A DNA stretch of 53,655 nucleotides from Octopus sinensis (Eukaryota). The stretch is taken from contig NW_021833848.1 in NCBI RefSeq assembly GCF_006345805.1, forward strand, positions 1 to 53,655. The letters run 5' to 3'. Under the pieces are notes generated by a model that worked only from the letters and a program-made list of their open reading frames with translations, was not told the origin of the DNA and did not search any database. The translations under genes were made by a program, and so were the position numbers. Positions 1 through 12,591 of this stretch are shown here, in pieces (within the stretch, counting starts at the first letter, position 1; every line of letters begins with the position of its first letter).

Positions 1-318
1 CACTGACCGTGGGATTGCACCTAGAAAGTTACCTTCCCAGGCACAAATCCGGGCAAGATTGGTTATGGTAGACCAGCAGTCACCCATGCATACCGGCCTC
101 TCCTCTCCACACCACTGATGTCAACCAAGGGAAAGGCAATGGCCAATACAGCTTGGCACCTGTGATGTCGCAACTCATTTCTACAGCTGAGTGAACTGGA
201 GCAACATGAAATAAAGTGTCTTGCTCAAGAACACAACATGCAGCCCGGTCCAGGATTTGAACTCACAACCTCGCGATCGTAAGCTCGATGCTCTAACCAC
301 TGAGCCATGCACCTTCAC
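1..318 (-). mobile_element. tRNA-derived SINE, family E (head plus CTTGAGCAAGACACTTTATTTCA core plus tail), cut by window start
   Basis: Minus strand reads GTGAAGGTGCATGGCTCAGTGGTTAGAGC (A box) ... GTGAGTTCAAATCC (B box) then GTTCTTGAGCAAGACACTTTATTTCATGTTGCTCCAGTTCACTCAGCTGTAGAAATGAG. Homologous to 9101-9350 and to the head/core of 11608-11929. Confidence 0.85.
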
Positions 319-339
319 CAATACACAACATTACCCAAT

Positions 340-491
340 ATATTTTAACAATTTTTTAATACAAATCCTAATAATATTTAATTATGAAAATATCATACGA
401 TTTTTTGAAACACTGAATGGCTATAAGGATACGTCCAAAGAAAATAGCAACCCTAGGGGTCCACAGGTACAAAATGGTTGAGAAACAATAG
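340..491. mobile_element. Right-end fragment of a hAT-type MITE
   Basis: Ends in GGTCCACAGGTACAAAATGGTTGAGAAACAATAG, resembling the right end of the 41634-42244 element. No left end seen. Confidence 0.45.
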
Positions 492-749
492 AATCTAGAT
501 AATATAAGCCAGTATATGTTTAGAACTAAAATATCATGAGAGCTGACATGGAGTTCCTTAAAAACAACAACCAGAGGAATAAATCACCATGTACGTTAAG
601 GACCAATTTTTTTTTGTTAGTGTTCCAAGTGAGAAGCGAGATTGAACCAAGATTGCATTCCAGTTGAGTAAAAAAGATCTACATGGTAAACCGCATGAAA
701 CAATGAGATGCCTGTTCAGTGCACAAGAGTAGAAAACCAAAAGACAACC

Positions 750-804
750 ATTATGTGTGTGTGGTTGGTGTGTATATGTATATATATATATAATATATTA
801 TATA

Positions 805-848
<44 letters not shown>

Positions 849-1050
849 ATATATACATATGTATATGTATATGTATATATTGTATATATATGTATATGTA
901 TATATATGTTTGTGGTGTAATATATATATACATACATACATGTGTGTATGTATATATATATACACACACACACATATATATATGCACACTCACACACACA
1001 CAGACACACACACGCACACATGCACACAAATATGTAATGCATATATTAAT
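750..1050. repeat. Compound (TG)/(TA)/(TATG)/(CA) microsatellite
   Basis: Direct reading; source of the overlapping (YI)n ORFs. Confidence 0.95.
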
Positions 1051-1482
1051 ATAACATTATCAAAAGATGTCAAAGATTTGTGAGTAACAATGCGATGCAT
1101 GTTAAGTGCACGAGAGCAGGAAACTGCAAGATAAACAATGCGCAAGATGAGTAACAGATACAAATACACAAGATATATAGCAACACACGATATCTGTCAT
1201 ACATATGATATATAATATCTATAATATAGCATATATTATCTAATATATGTAAGATGCCGAAGATGAAATGCATATCAAGTATACAAGAGCACCATGTTGT
1301 AAGATAAACATGTATAACATGTATAACAACCACATGTGTATATAATATATATATATATATATATAGTACATATGATGTATAATATATATATATATATCTA
1401 ACATATATCTAATAAATGGAAATGTAGAAGATGAGATGCGTAATAAATGTAAAGGGACAGCAAGATGTGAGATAACCATGTA

Positions 1483-1978
1483 AGATGTGTAACACGTGTG
1501 ATATATGTTATGTTATATATATATGTATATATATCTATCTATATACATATCTATATATGTATCTCTCTCTCTCTCTATATATATATATCTCCCTCTCTCT
1601 CTCTCTCTATATATATATAGATATAGATATACATATATATACATACACACAAACATATATCTATATATACACACACATGTGATATATATACAATTTATTT
1701 AACATATATAATGTATGTAAGATGTTGAAGATTTAGTAAGTTGTATATTAGATGTCATGTTATATATATATATGTATGTATATATATCTATCTATATACA
1801 TATCTATATATGTATCTCTCTCTCTCTCTAATATATATATATAGATAGATAGATAGATATAGATATACATATACACATATATCTATCTATATATATATAA
1901 TAATAATAATATATATATATATCACATGTGTGTGTATATATAGATATATGTGTATATGTATATGTATATCTATCTATC

Positions 1979-2018
<40 letters not shown>

Positions 2019-2212
2019 TAGAGATGTGTAACGCATGTGATATATGTTATGTTATATATATATATGTATATGTATGTATATATCTATCTATATACATATC
2101 TACATATGTATCTCTCTATATATCTATCTATCTATCTATCTATCTATCTCTCTCTCTCTCTCATAATATATGTAAGATGTTGAAGATTTAGTAAGTTGTA
2201 TATTAGATGTCA
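1483..2212. repeat. Higher-order tandem duplication of a compound microsatellite block
   Basis: ATGTAAGATGTTGAAGATTTAGTAAGTTGTATATTAGATGTCA occurs at about 1715 and 2170. ATGTGTAAC..GTGATATATGTTATGTTATATA occurs at about 1485 and 2023. Confidence 0.85.
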
Positions 2213-2919
2213 AACCGAGTGAAATCAAAGAAAAGACAGTGGAAGATCTTTATTTTTATTTTATTTGTTGCTTTTCTTGTTTTTTTTTTCTTTTTTCATT
2301 AATTTTCCAGAAGACTTAGAAATCTTGTAACTGACATTATACAGTGTATGCAGTATCACGATGGTGCAGCGTGGAGCTGCAACATGCTGTGGTGCAGTAT
2401 GGTGCAGCAAGCAGGCATAGCATGCGGTTTATGCGATAATATTGTGGCATGGCACATGCATGGTGTTGTGGTCGTTCTTTGGCCTCGGGCCAATTATGAT
2501 TCAGCAGGCATGGTCTAATTGAAGACATTACAACCATGACCATCCTGTTCTATTTTTGCTGTGTGCAAGGAACCCCAAGATCACGCATTGGCCAGCGTGG
2601 TTGATGCTTCCGTTCTACACCATTCTGACTTCTGTTCCATGTTCTTCAAGAAAACGTATGTGTGTGCGCATGTATTTCTATATGTATACATGAGTGTGAG
2701 TATGTGTATGTGTGTGCATGAATGTATATATGAATATAAAATGGCACTGCCTTGTGTATGCCTGTACGCATGTGTGTCCAGTAGGACAAGTGAGGCCATA
2801 ACCCATGGGCTCAGTCCACTTATGCATACCTTTCCTTCTTGGGACACAAAACTCTACTTGTGAAGACCTATTGAGGCAAGTGAAAATCAAAATCAAAATC
2901 GATCAACATCAATGGAAAT

Positions 2920-3255
2920 TGTAGCTGTGATACCAGTGCTGTGGCACATAAGAGAACCATCTGAACGTGGCCGTTGCCAGCGCCACCCCGACTGGCCTCC
3001 ATGCCGGTGGCACGTAAAAAGCACCATCCGATCGTGGCTGTTTGCCAGCCTCGTTTGGCACCTGTGCCGGTGGCACGTAAAAGGCACCCACTACACTCAT
3101 GGAGTAGTTGGCGTTAGGAAGGGCATCCAGCCGTAGAAACATTGCCAGATCAGACTGGGCCTGGTGCAGCCTTCTAGCTTCCCAGACCCCAGTTGAACCG
3201 TTCAACCCATGCCAGCATGGAAAGCAGACGCTAAACAATGATGATGATGATGATA
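2920..3255 (+). mobile_element. SINE/LINE-tail module D ending in (GAT)n, with a repeated TGCCGGTGGCACGTAAAA motif
   Basis: GCACCCACTACACTC..GAGTAGTTGGCGTTAGGAAGGGCATCCAGC...CCCATGCCAGCATGGAAAGCAGACGCTAAACAATGATGATG; homologous to 10755-10937 and 15985-16095. Confidence 0.8.
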
Positions 3256-3552
3256 TGTATATATATATATATATATGTATGTATATATGTTATTTGTGTG
3301 TGTGTGGACATGCATGTCTGCATATGTCACTGTTATTGATGTCAAAATAGAATTCTTTTATTCTGTGTGTGTGTAAATTAAATGGTTGTGTGGAAGTATG
3401 AAGTATCTCATATTACGGCAACTGAGTTTAATAAAGGATGGTAACATGGTGTGTGTGTATGCTACATGTGGCTAATTCTGTAACTGTGCTAGTACACACA
3501 CACATATATATATATATTAGAGAGAGAAAGAGAGAGAAATATATATATATAT

Positions 3553-3598
<46 letters not shown>

Positions 3599-3608
3599 AT
3601 ATATATAT

Positions 3609-3644
<36 letters not shown>

Positions 3645-3650
3645 ATATAC

Positions 3651-3686
<36 letters not shown>

Positions 3687-3771
3687 ATATCTATAAATGC
3701 ATATAAATATCTATCTATCTATCTGTCTATCTTTCATGAAAGGCGGACGTTAAATGATGATGATGATGGTG

Positions 3772-3804
<33 letters not shown>

Positions 3805-3840
3805 TGCATATATACATATGTGCACATACACACACACACA

Positions 3841-3879
<39 letters not shown>

Positions 3880-4290
3880 ATGGAAGAGGTTCACCTGAGT
3901 GCATCTTGCTGGGTTTGTCTACATAATCAGCAATGCATGCGTTTGCCAGGTATGCTGCACTGTCTGTCTGTCTGTCTGCTGAGCTTTGTTCGTCCAGGTG
4001 CACTTATATACAGGTGGGTGTATGTGTGTGTGTGTGTGTGCAACTGTATAACGCTGCGTGAGTGTTTATACTGGAAATGTGACATGTAGGGACTGGAGTG
4101 TCATGATGCATGTTTGTTCAGTGTGTAAATGCATGTATGTACTTCGAACAGTTTCCATAATCATAGTGCATGTCTACATGTGTGTGTATATATACATATG
4201 TATATATATATATATATGTATGTGCGTGTGTGTTACATATATATATATGTATGTATGCATATGTACATATATGTATACACAACAAGCACA

Positions 4291-4361
<71 letters not shown>

Positions 4362-4563
4362 TTAAATCCTTAAATCCTAAAATGTTTAGCCGAAGGCCGC
4401 GGCATGCTGGGGCACACCGCTGAAGAGCTACACTAGTTTGTGAATCACCTCTGATACGTGGCACTTGATCAACAAGGGAGTCGATGCTGCTGCCCTCCAT
4501 TGTGTCTCCTGTCGTGAGGTAGGTTCATCTGGGACTCCCAACAAGAAGAGACCAGTTTAGTTT

Positions 4564-4606
<43 letters not shown>

Positions 4607-5624
4607 GTGTGTGTGTATATATATATATATATCATATCATTTAACATCCATTTTCTATGCTTGCATGGGTTGGACCACATAATATAAGCCTGTGTGTGTA
4701 TATATATGTACTTATATATGCATATAATATGTATGTATGTATACATATATAAGTACTCATATATATATATATATATATTATGGATATATATACATATATA
4801 TTATATATTATATATATATATATATATATAGATATGGATATATATACATATATATATATATATAGATATATATATATATATATATACATATATATATACA
4901 TATATATATATACTAATATGCATACTACATAAATATATGTATATTAAATCAACTTTTTAAGCATGTCACATTAATGGCTGTCAAATTAGGGATGTATAAG
5001 CACACACACACACACACATACATACACACACTCACACACTCAGTACCACACATACACACACATGCCAGTCTTTAAGTATGTCAGAGTGACATGTGTCAAC
5101 ATTGAGATTGATAAAGAAAAAATGCACTCCCAGACACGCATATACATAACATATATACACACACACACAATATATATATATATATATGCATGTATAAACA
5201 TTGCGGTACTTTAAACCAAACTCTTTCTCTCTCTCTCTCACACACACACACATACACTGCAGTACTTTAAGACAAACTCATACACACACACACACAACAC
5301 ACACACAGATGCACGCATGCACCAAGAATACATAAAAAACCCACATGAATGCGAACAAACGCAGACGCACTAATGTGCATGTATACATAGACACTAACAT
5401 ACAAAAATATATATACAGGCACACATATACACACAAGCAATGAGAACACAGAATTATATAAGGATTCTGTGACAATGAAACAGGGAGTGGCGGAAGGAGG
5501 GGAATGGTTAAGCAAAAGACAGGAATGGTAGGAGTAAGAAATGAGAAGATGATTGGGGGTGGGGAGTAAGGGTGGGGGGAGCTAGAAGTGTTATAAGCAT
5601 CAACGTAGAGAAGAAAGACAGGTA

Positions 5625-5790
5625 GTGGCGGCGGCGGCGGTGGTGGTGGTGATGGTGGCGATGGTTGGTTGTGGTGGTGGTGGTGGTGGTTGTGGTGGTG
5701 GTGGTGGCGATGGTGGTTGCGGTGGTGGTGGTGGTGGTAGTGGTGGCGGTTGTGGTGATGGTGGTGGCAATGGTGGTTGTGGTGGTGATG
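5625..5790. repeat. Imperfect (GGT)n tract
   Basis: Direct reading. Confidence 0.95.
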
Positions 5791-6199
5791 GGTAAATCTG
5801 GGATCAGAATAAAAATAAGGATTCACTCAATGAAGAAAAAGCAAAGAAATGGGGCGGGGTGTAAGGAGAACGGCAGGGTGTGGCGCAGGGGGGAGGAGCG
5901 GGTGGGGTTGGTATGTTTAAGTGGGAGAAAGGGAACAGGGAAGTTCGGTCTTTGTCTTTGGGATATTTTTAGGACAATAAACAATCTCTGTTGCAAGTCT
6001 TGATGGGTAGTAGTAGTAGAAGCAGCAGCAGAAGTAGTAGTAGTGGTAGTGGTGGTGGTGGTGATGGTGATGGTTATAAGGGGGGGGTGATGTTCGGTTG
6101 GGTGGATGGATGGGTGGGGGCGTGATGAGAAGAAAGATGATTGTGAGTTGCTATAGCAATTATGCAGCAACATCAAGAACAAGAACAAGATGGAGGTTG

Positions 6200-6610
6200 A
6201 CAATATCATCATGTATATGATGATGATGATGATGATGATGAAGGTGATGATGATGACAATGAAGATGATGATGGTGATGATGATGATGATGATGATGAAG
6301 GTGATGATGATGACAATGAAGATGGTGATGATGATGATGATGATGATGAAGATGATTATGATGATGATGATGAAGATGATGATGATGATTATGATGATGA
6401 TGATGATGATGGTGATGATGACGAAGATGACGATGATGATTATGATGATGACGATGATGATGATGATGAAGATGATGATGATGGTGATAATGATGGTAGT
6501 GATGATGACATGATGGTGATGATGATGGGGATGATGATCACAATCATCATCATCATCATCATCATCATTGCCGTCATCACCACCACCACCACCACTACTA
6601 CTACCAGTAA
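6200..6610. repeat. Imperfect (GAT)n tract followed by (CAT)/(CAC)n
   Basis: Direct reading; source of the poly-Met ORF. Confidence 0.95.
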
Positions 6611-7208
6611 CAGCAGCTATAGGAGTGACAACAGCAGCAATAACAACTAGAATAAGGATAAGAATGTTGAATATCTGATGAGTGCATGAATGAATCTATG
6701 AAAAGAATGGTGTTTGCTTTCAAGAAATGGAAGGAAAACACCACAGCAATCAGATACCGTTATGCCATCATTCTGGGAATACCTGCAAAATATACGGCCT
6801 GTCTGTCTACTTCTTTATCTGTCTGTCTATCTATTTGTCTGTCAGCCTCTCTGCCTCACCATCCATATATATATATATGTGTGTGCATTAACAGACACAC
6901 ACACATACACATCTATATATATTTAAACACACAAATTTACATGCATGGATACATATATATGTACATAATATATTATTTCTGTGTTCCATATTACACACAC
7001 AAAAAAAGATACATATATGTAATATAAATAATATATAATAATATATACATGATATATATGTGTGTGTGTGTATATATATATAAAGATAGATATAGATGTA
7101 TATATTTTTACACATACACTCATACACAAAGATACATGTATGTATGTAATATAAATACGATATATATAATATACATATGATATATGTGCATGTATGTATG
7201 TGTGTATG

Positions 7209-7239
<31 letters not shown>

Positions 7240-7815
7240 ATTATACACACAGACACTCATATACAGACATAATGACATACCACCATCAGAATAATTTTAA
7301 AACATAGTAATTTATATAAACACCAAGAAACTCATATATTCTTTATCACTTTTTGCTGTTTTTTAAAAAATAATCACCATTATCAAATTTACCCAAATCA
7401 GACTTAACATGAACAGTCTTCTACATTTATCAATGTCTGGTATTTACTGTGTCTCCGCCAACTCTCATAATATTACATGCTTAAAAACACTCCAAGTTTT
7501 AAAAAAATTATTCCTAAATATATATTATACACAGACACAGATTTAGCAAAAAAATATATAGCACTTAATCTTTCATAGCATTCTCCAGCCCAACGGAAGC
7601 AAGTCACCGAAATCTTTTGATATTAAACAAAAATTTTCACTACTGTAAATTATGAATTTTCTTCTGGTTGTATGTTTAAGTTAATATCACCATTTCAAAT
7701 TACCTTTACAAAGTTTATTCAGTGTTTTGAATCTGATGATTGCAACAAATTCCATTCTGTAACATGAAACTCCTAACTATAAACATACCAATGACAAACA
7801 CTCTTATTACTAAAC

Positions 7816-8099
7816 TCTTTTACTGGTTTCAGTTATTTGACTGCAGACACACTGGAGCACCGCCCTTAGTCAAAGAAATCGGCCTCAGGACTTATTCTTC
7901 GTAAGGTCTTTGTAGGTCTCTATTGCCAAACTGCTAAGTTGCGGGGACGTGTTTACGGCCCAATAACTTAGCGGATCGGCAGAAGAAACCGATAGAATAA
8001 GCACCAGGCTTACAAAGAATAAGTCCAAGGGTTGGTTTCTACAACTGAAATGCGGTGCTCCAGCATGGCCACAGTGAAATGACTGAAACAAGCAAAAGA
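7816..8099. mobile_element. Two family B SINE 3' halves fused as an inverted (fold-back) pair
   Basis: Left arm TTTTACTGGTTTCAGTTATTTGACTGCAGACACACTGGAGCACCGC is an imperfect reverse complement of right arm GCGGTGCTCCAGCATGGCCACAGTGAAATGACTGAAACAAGCAAAAG. Inner arms GGACTTATTCTTCGTAAG / CTTACAAAGAATAAGTCC also pair. Confidence 0.8.
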
Positions 8100-8239
8100 A
8101 TATAAGAATACACACACACACAGGTCTATACTTAATGTTGATGTATTCATGTTGTCTTAAGAACTCATAAAGAAATCTCCTTAAATACAAGATTATAACT
8201 ATTATGATTGCTTTATAGGATAATAATTGCGATGGCAAT

Positions 8240-8268
8240 ACTAACGACAGTATGAACAATGATGGTAG

Positions 8269-8317
<49 letters not shown>

Positions 8318-8480
8318 ATTGATGGTGATGACGATGATGATAGTGATGATGATGATGATGATGAAGATAGTGGTAATGAGGACAATGAGGAACATGATGA
8401 TGGTGACGATGATGATGATGATGAAAATGATGGTAATGACGATGATGACGATGATGATAGGATGATGATGATGATGATGG
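8240..8480. repeat. Imperfect (GAT)n tract
   Basis: Direct reading; source of the poly-Asp and poly-Met ORFs. Confidence 0.95.
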
Positions 8481-8929
8481 TGACCTTTTCCTTCTGATCT
8501 GGTTAACTCATCGTGCCATGAATAAAACAGCCAATTAGTAGGTTATGGTTAACCAAGCACAACCTGAACACACACACACACACACACACACACCACACAC
8601 ACACACACACAATACAGACTACCTCGTCTTCTCTCTCAATTTGTATCCGTCCTTCTGCGTGCATCTCTTTTTATCTCTCTACCGACCTATCTACCAAAAC
8701 AGATGTTAGTCCAAGAGGCAGAGGTGCTGGGCATGGACAGATTGCCGTGAAGCACAGTATAGGACCAACCAAGGACTAAACATGCCCCCTACCTTAAAAA
8801 GCACTTCGTTCAAAGGACATGATTACCAGACATCGGGATAACAGCTACCTGGTGGTAATGATAATAATTATCTGCCCTTCCACCCCCTTTTTACACACGC
8901 ACACACACACTGCCTACACCTATATAGGA

Positions 8930-9600
8930 TGTTTCCAGACAAGAAAGCAGGTCACCTTGGAAATATGTGGTATCCGGTTCAATCCCACTCAGTGGCTCTT
9001 TGGGAAGGCATCTTCTACTACAGCCCTGGGCCGACCAATGCATTGTGAGTAAATTTGGTAGACAGAAACTGTGTGGAAGTCCATCACACACATACATGTC
9101 TGGGCTGTGTGTTGATGTTCTTGAGCAAGACACTTTATTTCACGTTGCTCCACTTCACTCAGCTGTAGTAATGAGCTGCAATGTCACTGGCCTTTGCCTT
9201 TCCCTTGGATAACATCGGTGGCGTAGGGAGAGGAGGCTGGTATGCATGAGTGACTGCTGGTCTTCCATAAACAACCTTGACCGGACTTATGCCCCAGAGA
9301 AGGAACTTTCTAGGTGCAATCCCATGGTTACTCATGACTGAAGGGGATCTATATATAGAGATTTCTTATAGTTTCTTTTTTTTTTTTTTGCTTAACAACT
9401 AAAACATCAAACTCGGGTGGGAAAAATAAGTAACCAGGGTTGATTCCTTCGACTGAAACCATTCATGGTGGTGCTCCAGCATGGGTGGAGCTCCATCATG
9501 GGTGGTGCTTAAGCATGGGTGGTGCTCCAGCACGGGTGGTGCTCTAGCATGGGTGGTGCTCCAGCATGGGCACAGTGCAATGACTTGAAACAAGAAAAGG
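8930..9600 (+). mobile_element. Decayed family B SINE (5' half about 8930-9095, 3' half about 9405-9600) interrupted by a headless family E SINE (9101-9350)
   Basis: B core TCTTCTACTACAGCCCTGGGCCGACCAATGCATTGTGAGT, then E core CTTGAGCAAGACACTTTATTTCACGTTGCTCC, then B tail GGTGCTCCAGCATGGGCACAGTGCAATGACTTGAAACAAG. Confidence 0.7.
9467..9568 (+). repeat. 17-bp minisatellite, 6 units of GGTGGTGCTCCAGCATG, derived from the family B SINE tail
   Basis: Six contiguous units with 0-2 substitutions each and no spacers. Confidence 0.9.
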
Positions 9601-10018
9601 ATGAATAAACGAAACGGAACATGCAAGCAAGAGAGATGTGGCCCTTAGACATGTTTAGGAAAAGCAGCATCCGATTCAGAATGAAAACGCGCTTGGATTT
9701 TGATGATCCAAACAATCTATGCTAGCTTGAAAAAGCTGACATAGAAATACGAACAATGGCGATGATAATGATACACCCAATCCTAGCTAACATAGTGGGA
9801 AAATAAATATAGAGATAATATTGATTTTCAACAATAATTACATGGCTGCACATATATTGTGGGTGGGTAGAGTTGATGAAATCAACTCCCAACGGCAATT
9901 AGTGCTTTTATTGTATCAACTATAGAAAAGAATGGAAAGCACAATTTTAAGCAACTGAAAAATCACTAGGGATTTTCTTCACTGCTTTCAGACATAAATA
10001 ATTAAAAATATTGATTGC

Positions 10019-10055
<37 letters not shown>

Positions 10056-10062
10056 TACATAC

Positions 10063-10117
<55 letters not shown>

Positions 10118-10134
10118 TACGTATGCACAAGTAC

Positions 10135-10510
10135 AGGCATGGTCTTCTAAGATAAGGAGTCTGCTTCCAAACCACATGGCTTTGGTTCACTCACACTATG
10201 TAAGCACCTTGGGCAAGTGTCTTAACCCTTTTGATACCAACCTGGCTGAAACCGCCTCTGGCTCTATCGCACAAATGTCTTGTTTTTGAATTGAAATCTT
10301 CCACCAAACCTTAGTCACAATTTATGTTCCTAACATCAGCTTAATGATAACTAAGTTATTTTACTAAATTCTTTGTTATGTTTAAAATTAATTCAAAGAA
10401 ACACAGAGCATTTAAAAATAAATATGGTAATGAAAGGGGTAAACTATAGCCCTGAGCCAACAAAAAAGCCTTGTAAGCGGATTTGGAGACAAACTGAAAG
10501 AAAACAGCCA
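10135..10510 (+). mobile_element. Family B SINE 5' half split by a MITE insertion
   Basis: GCACCTTGGGCAAGTGTC precedes the insertion and ACTATAGCCCTGAGCCAACAAAAAAGCCTTGTAAGCGGATTTGG follows it, rejoining the B core seen at 28510-28580. Confidence 0.75.
10226..10438. mobile_element. piggyBac-like MITE (CCCTTT ends, TTAA-type target)
   Basis: Left TTAA|CCCTTTTGATACC, right GGTAATGAAAGGG|GTAA (imperfect TIR, degenerate TTAA). Confidence 0.6.
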
Positions 10511-10754
10511 ACCACACACACACACACACACGATAGCCATCTCACATTCAGCCTTTTTGTTTTGATTTATTTCAATCCCTGCTTGTGTATTGATGTAGCT
10601 TTTCAGTGGCACAACCATTACCGTAGGACATTATAAAGAAATTACAGAACAAATCAAAGAACGAAATGAATAATGTGCCGTCTGTATGTCTTTGGGTTTT
10701 AAGAGACAAAAGCTTGAGCAACACTTTTGCCATTCTCTTAGGTCACCATAAAAG

Positions 10755-10937
10755 CACCCACTACACTCTCAGAGTGGTTGGCGTTAGGAACGGCATCCAG
10801 CTGTAGAAACTCTGCCAGATCAGATTGGAGTAAGGTGCAGCCAGCCATCTGGTGCGTTAGACCTCAGTGAAATCGTCCAACCCATGCTAGCATGGAAATC
10901 GGACGTTAAACGGTGATGATGATGATGATGATGATGA
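10755..10937 (+). mobile_element. Tail module D ending GACGTTAAACGGTGATGATGATG
   Basis: Homologous to 3085-3255. Confidence 0.85.
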
Positions 10938-11607
10938 TATACATATACACACATACTCAAACACACCAACAGTGCTTTAGGATGGCCTCAATGTGATGGT
11001 TAAAAAAAGCAAGCAAAAGGAAGAGTGCGTGTTTGTGTGTGTGAGCTTAAGGACTAGAAACTTCAAACTGAGTGAGCAATTCACACAGACACAGTTACCT
11101 ATGAATAAATAATATTAGTTGACTCTATCTAACAAGTGTTGAGTACTTTCATAACGCTTGATTGCAATCGACACCTGTTGGCTGATCATAAATCAATCTA
11201 TCTCATTAACCACCCTGCTTCTTCTTCCTCTTCTTGCCCTACTAATAAAGCCATAACCATAAAAGGAATTACTTAATGACAAGTAAGTACAGATATCAAC
11301 ACTATCATCTTTATTTAATGGCTTTTTTTCTTCTTTTTTTTTCTTCTCTTGGATTGAACAGGAGTTGGTCACTTGACACAGCAGTTTTTCTGTGGTACTA
11401 CAACCTGCTTTGATGAAATCTGTTGCTGTATTTGGTTCACAGGGCAAACTAAGGGCATTTTATTCATTTTCATTTCCACCTAGTTTCAGCTCATAAGCTG
11501 TGGCCATGATGGGGCACCGATGTCAGAAAGAGTAAAGATATGGTTACACGATGAAGATTAATAACTCTGCGTCTCTTTCTTGTTGTTATTGTCATTTCAT
11601 GATATAG

Positions 11608-11929
11608 GAGCACTCCATCGGTTACGACGATGAGGGTCCCAGCTGATACGATCAACGGAACAGCTTGCTCGTGGAATTAACGTGCAAGTGACTGAGCAAT
11701 CCGCAGACACGTGTACTCCTAACATAGTGCCCAGGGAGATTCAGTGTGACACAGAGTGTGACAAGGCTGGCCCTTTGAAATACAGGTACTACTTAATTTT
11801 GCCAGTTGAGTGGACTGGAGCAACGTGAAATAAAGTGTCTTGCTCAAGGACAACATGTCACCAGGAATTGAACTCACGACCTTACAATCGCGAGCCGAAT
11901 GCCCTAACCACTAAGCCACACACCTTCAC
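11608..11929 (-). mobile_element. tRNA-derived SINE with family E head/core and an alternative tail
   Basis: Minus strand GTGAAGGTGTGTGGCTTAGTGGTTAGGG (A box), GTGAGTTCAATTCC (B box), CCTTGAGCAAGACACTTTATTTCACGTTGCTCCAGTCCACTCA core, then GTACCTGTATTTCAAAGGGCCAGCCTTGTCACAC. Confidence 0.85.
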
Positions 11930-12499
11930 TATATCATTTCATGATATAGGTACCCACTAAATGGGTATTATATACATAGGGTTGATACACCTTGGAGCCT
12001 GTGCTTTGTTAGGTTGTATTGAATTGGTTTCTTTAACTGAATGCCTTTCCGATGACCGACCACTCCATTGAGTGTGATGCATGGATGTTGTTATACCACA
12101 GACACAAGAGATGTTGTCCCATGATGGTAAAGAAAAGAAACTCCTCTACCCTGGATTAATTCTTATGAGGGGGGGATATTAATTAATAATACCCCTTCCT
12201 TGGAGACGGTGTGAGAGGAAAAATTAAATCATAGTTAGTTTCGGTGTGATAGAAATAGAGAGTGAGGTGGAGGAAAGAAAATAGATGTAAGATATGTATG
12301 GGTATTGAATTCGTAAATCCGTTTTATAGGCATAGTGGTATATACGTGTAATATTCCAATATCCTTTGAGTAAAATCCCAAAGTCCAACAGAGTTTAATA
12401 TGAGTCCATCCAGATGTAGAGTTTATAAGCAATGTAAGATTCTCTTAAAGTTGGTCATTCCCTTTGAGTCTCAATGACACCTTTATCTCTTATAACCTC

Positions 12500-12543
<44 letters not shown>

Positions 12544-12591
12544 AAATAAGTCAAAATAGAAAATGCTAAAGTAATTTTATAAAGAACATTT

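Noticed and set aside
2311-2655. Exon-like segment with polypyrimidine-CAG and a later GTATGT
   Set aside because: All three plus frames hit stops before the donor, the peptide is unrecognisable, and the sequence looks like decayed GGTGCAG/CATG repeats.
6675-6715. CTGATGAG followed by GAAA as a possible hammerhead
   Set aside because: No helix II, helix III or helix I pairing can be drawn.
7704-7756. Possible 53-nt minus-strand exon (TTACAG...AAG/GTAATT; MEFVAIIRFKTLNKLCK)
   Set aside because: Weak pyrimidine tract, no partner exon and no homology recognised; it cannot be supported without RNA data.
9467-9568. Short direct repeats suggesting a CRISPR array (also 45040-45100)
   Set aside because: The units are contiguous with no unique spacers, are too short, derive from SINE sequence, and the context is eukaryotic with no cas genes.
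11193-11447. 84-aa Cys-containing minus-strand ORF
   Set aside because: It runs through a T-rich low-complexity tract, has no splice donor and no recognisable motif.
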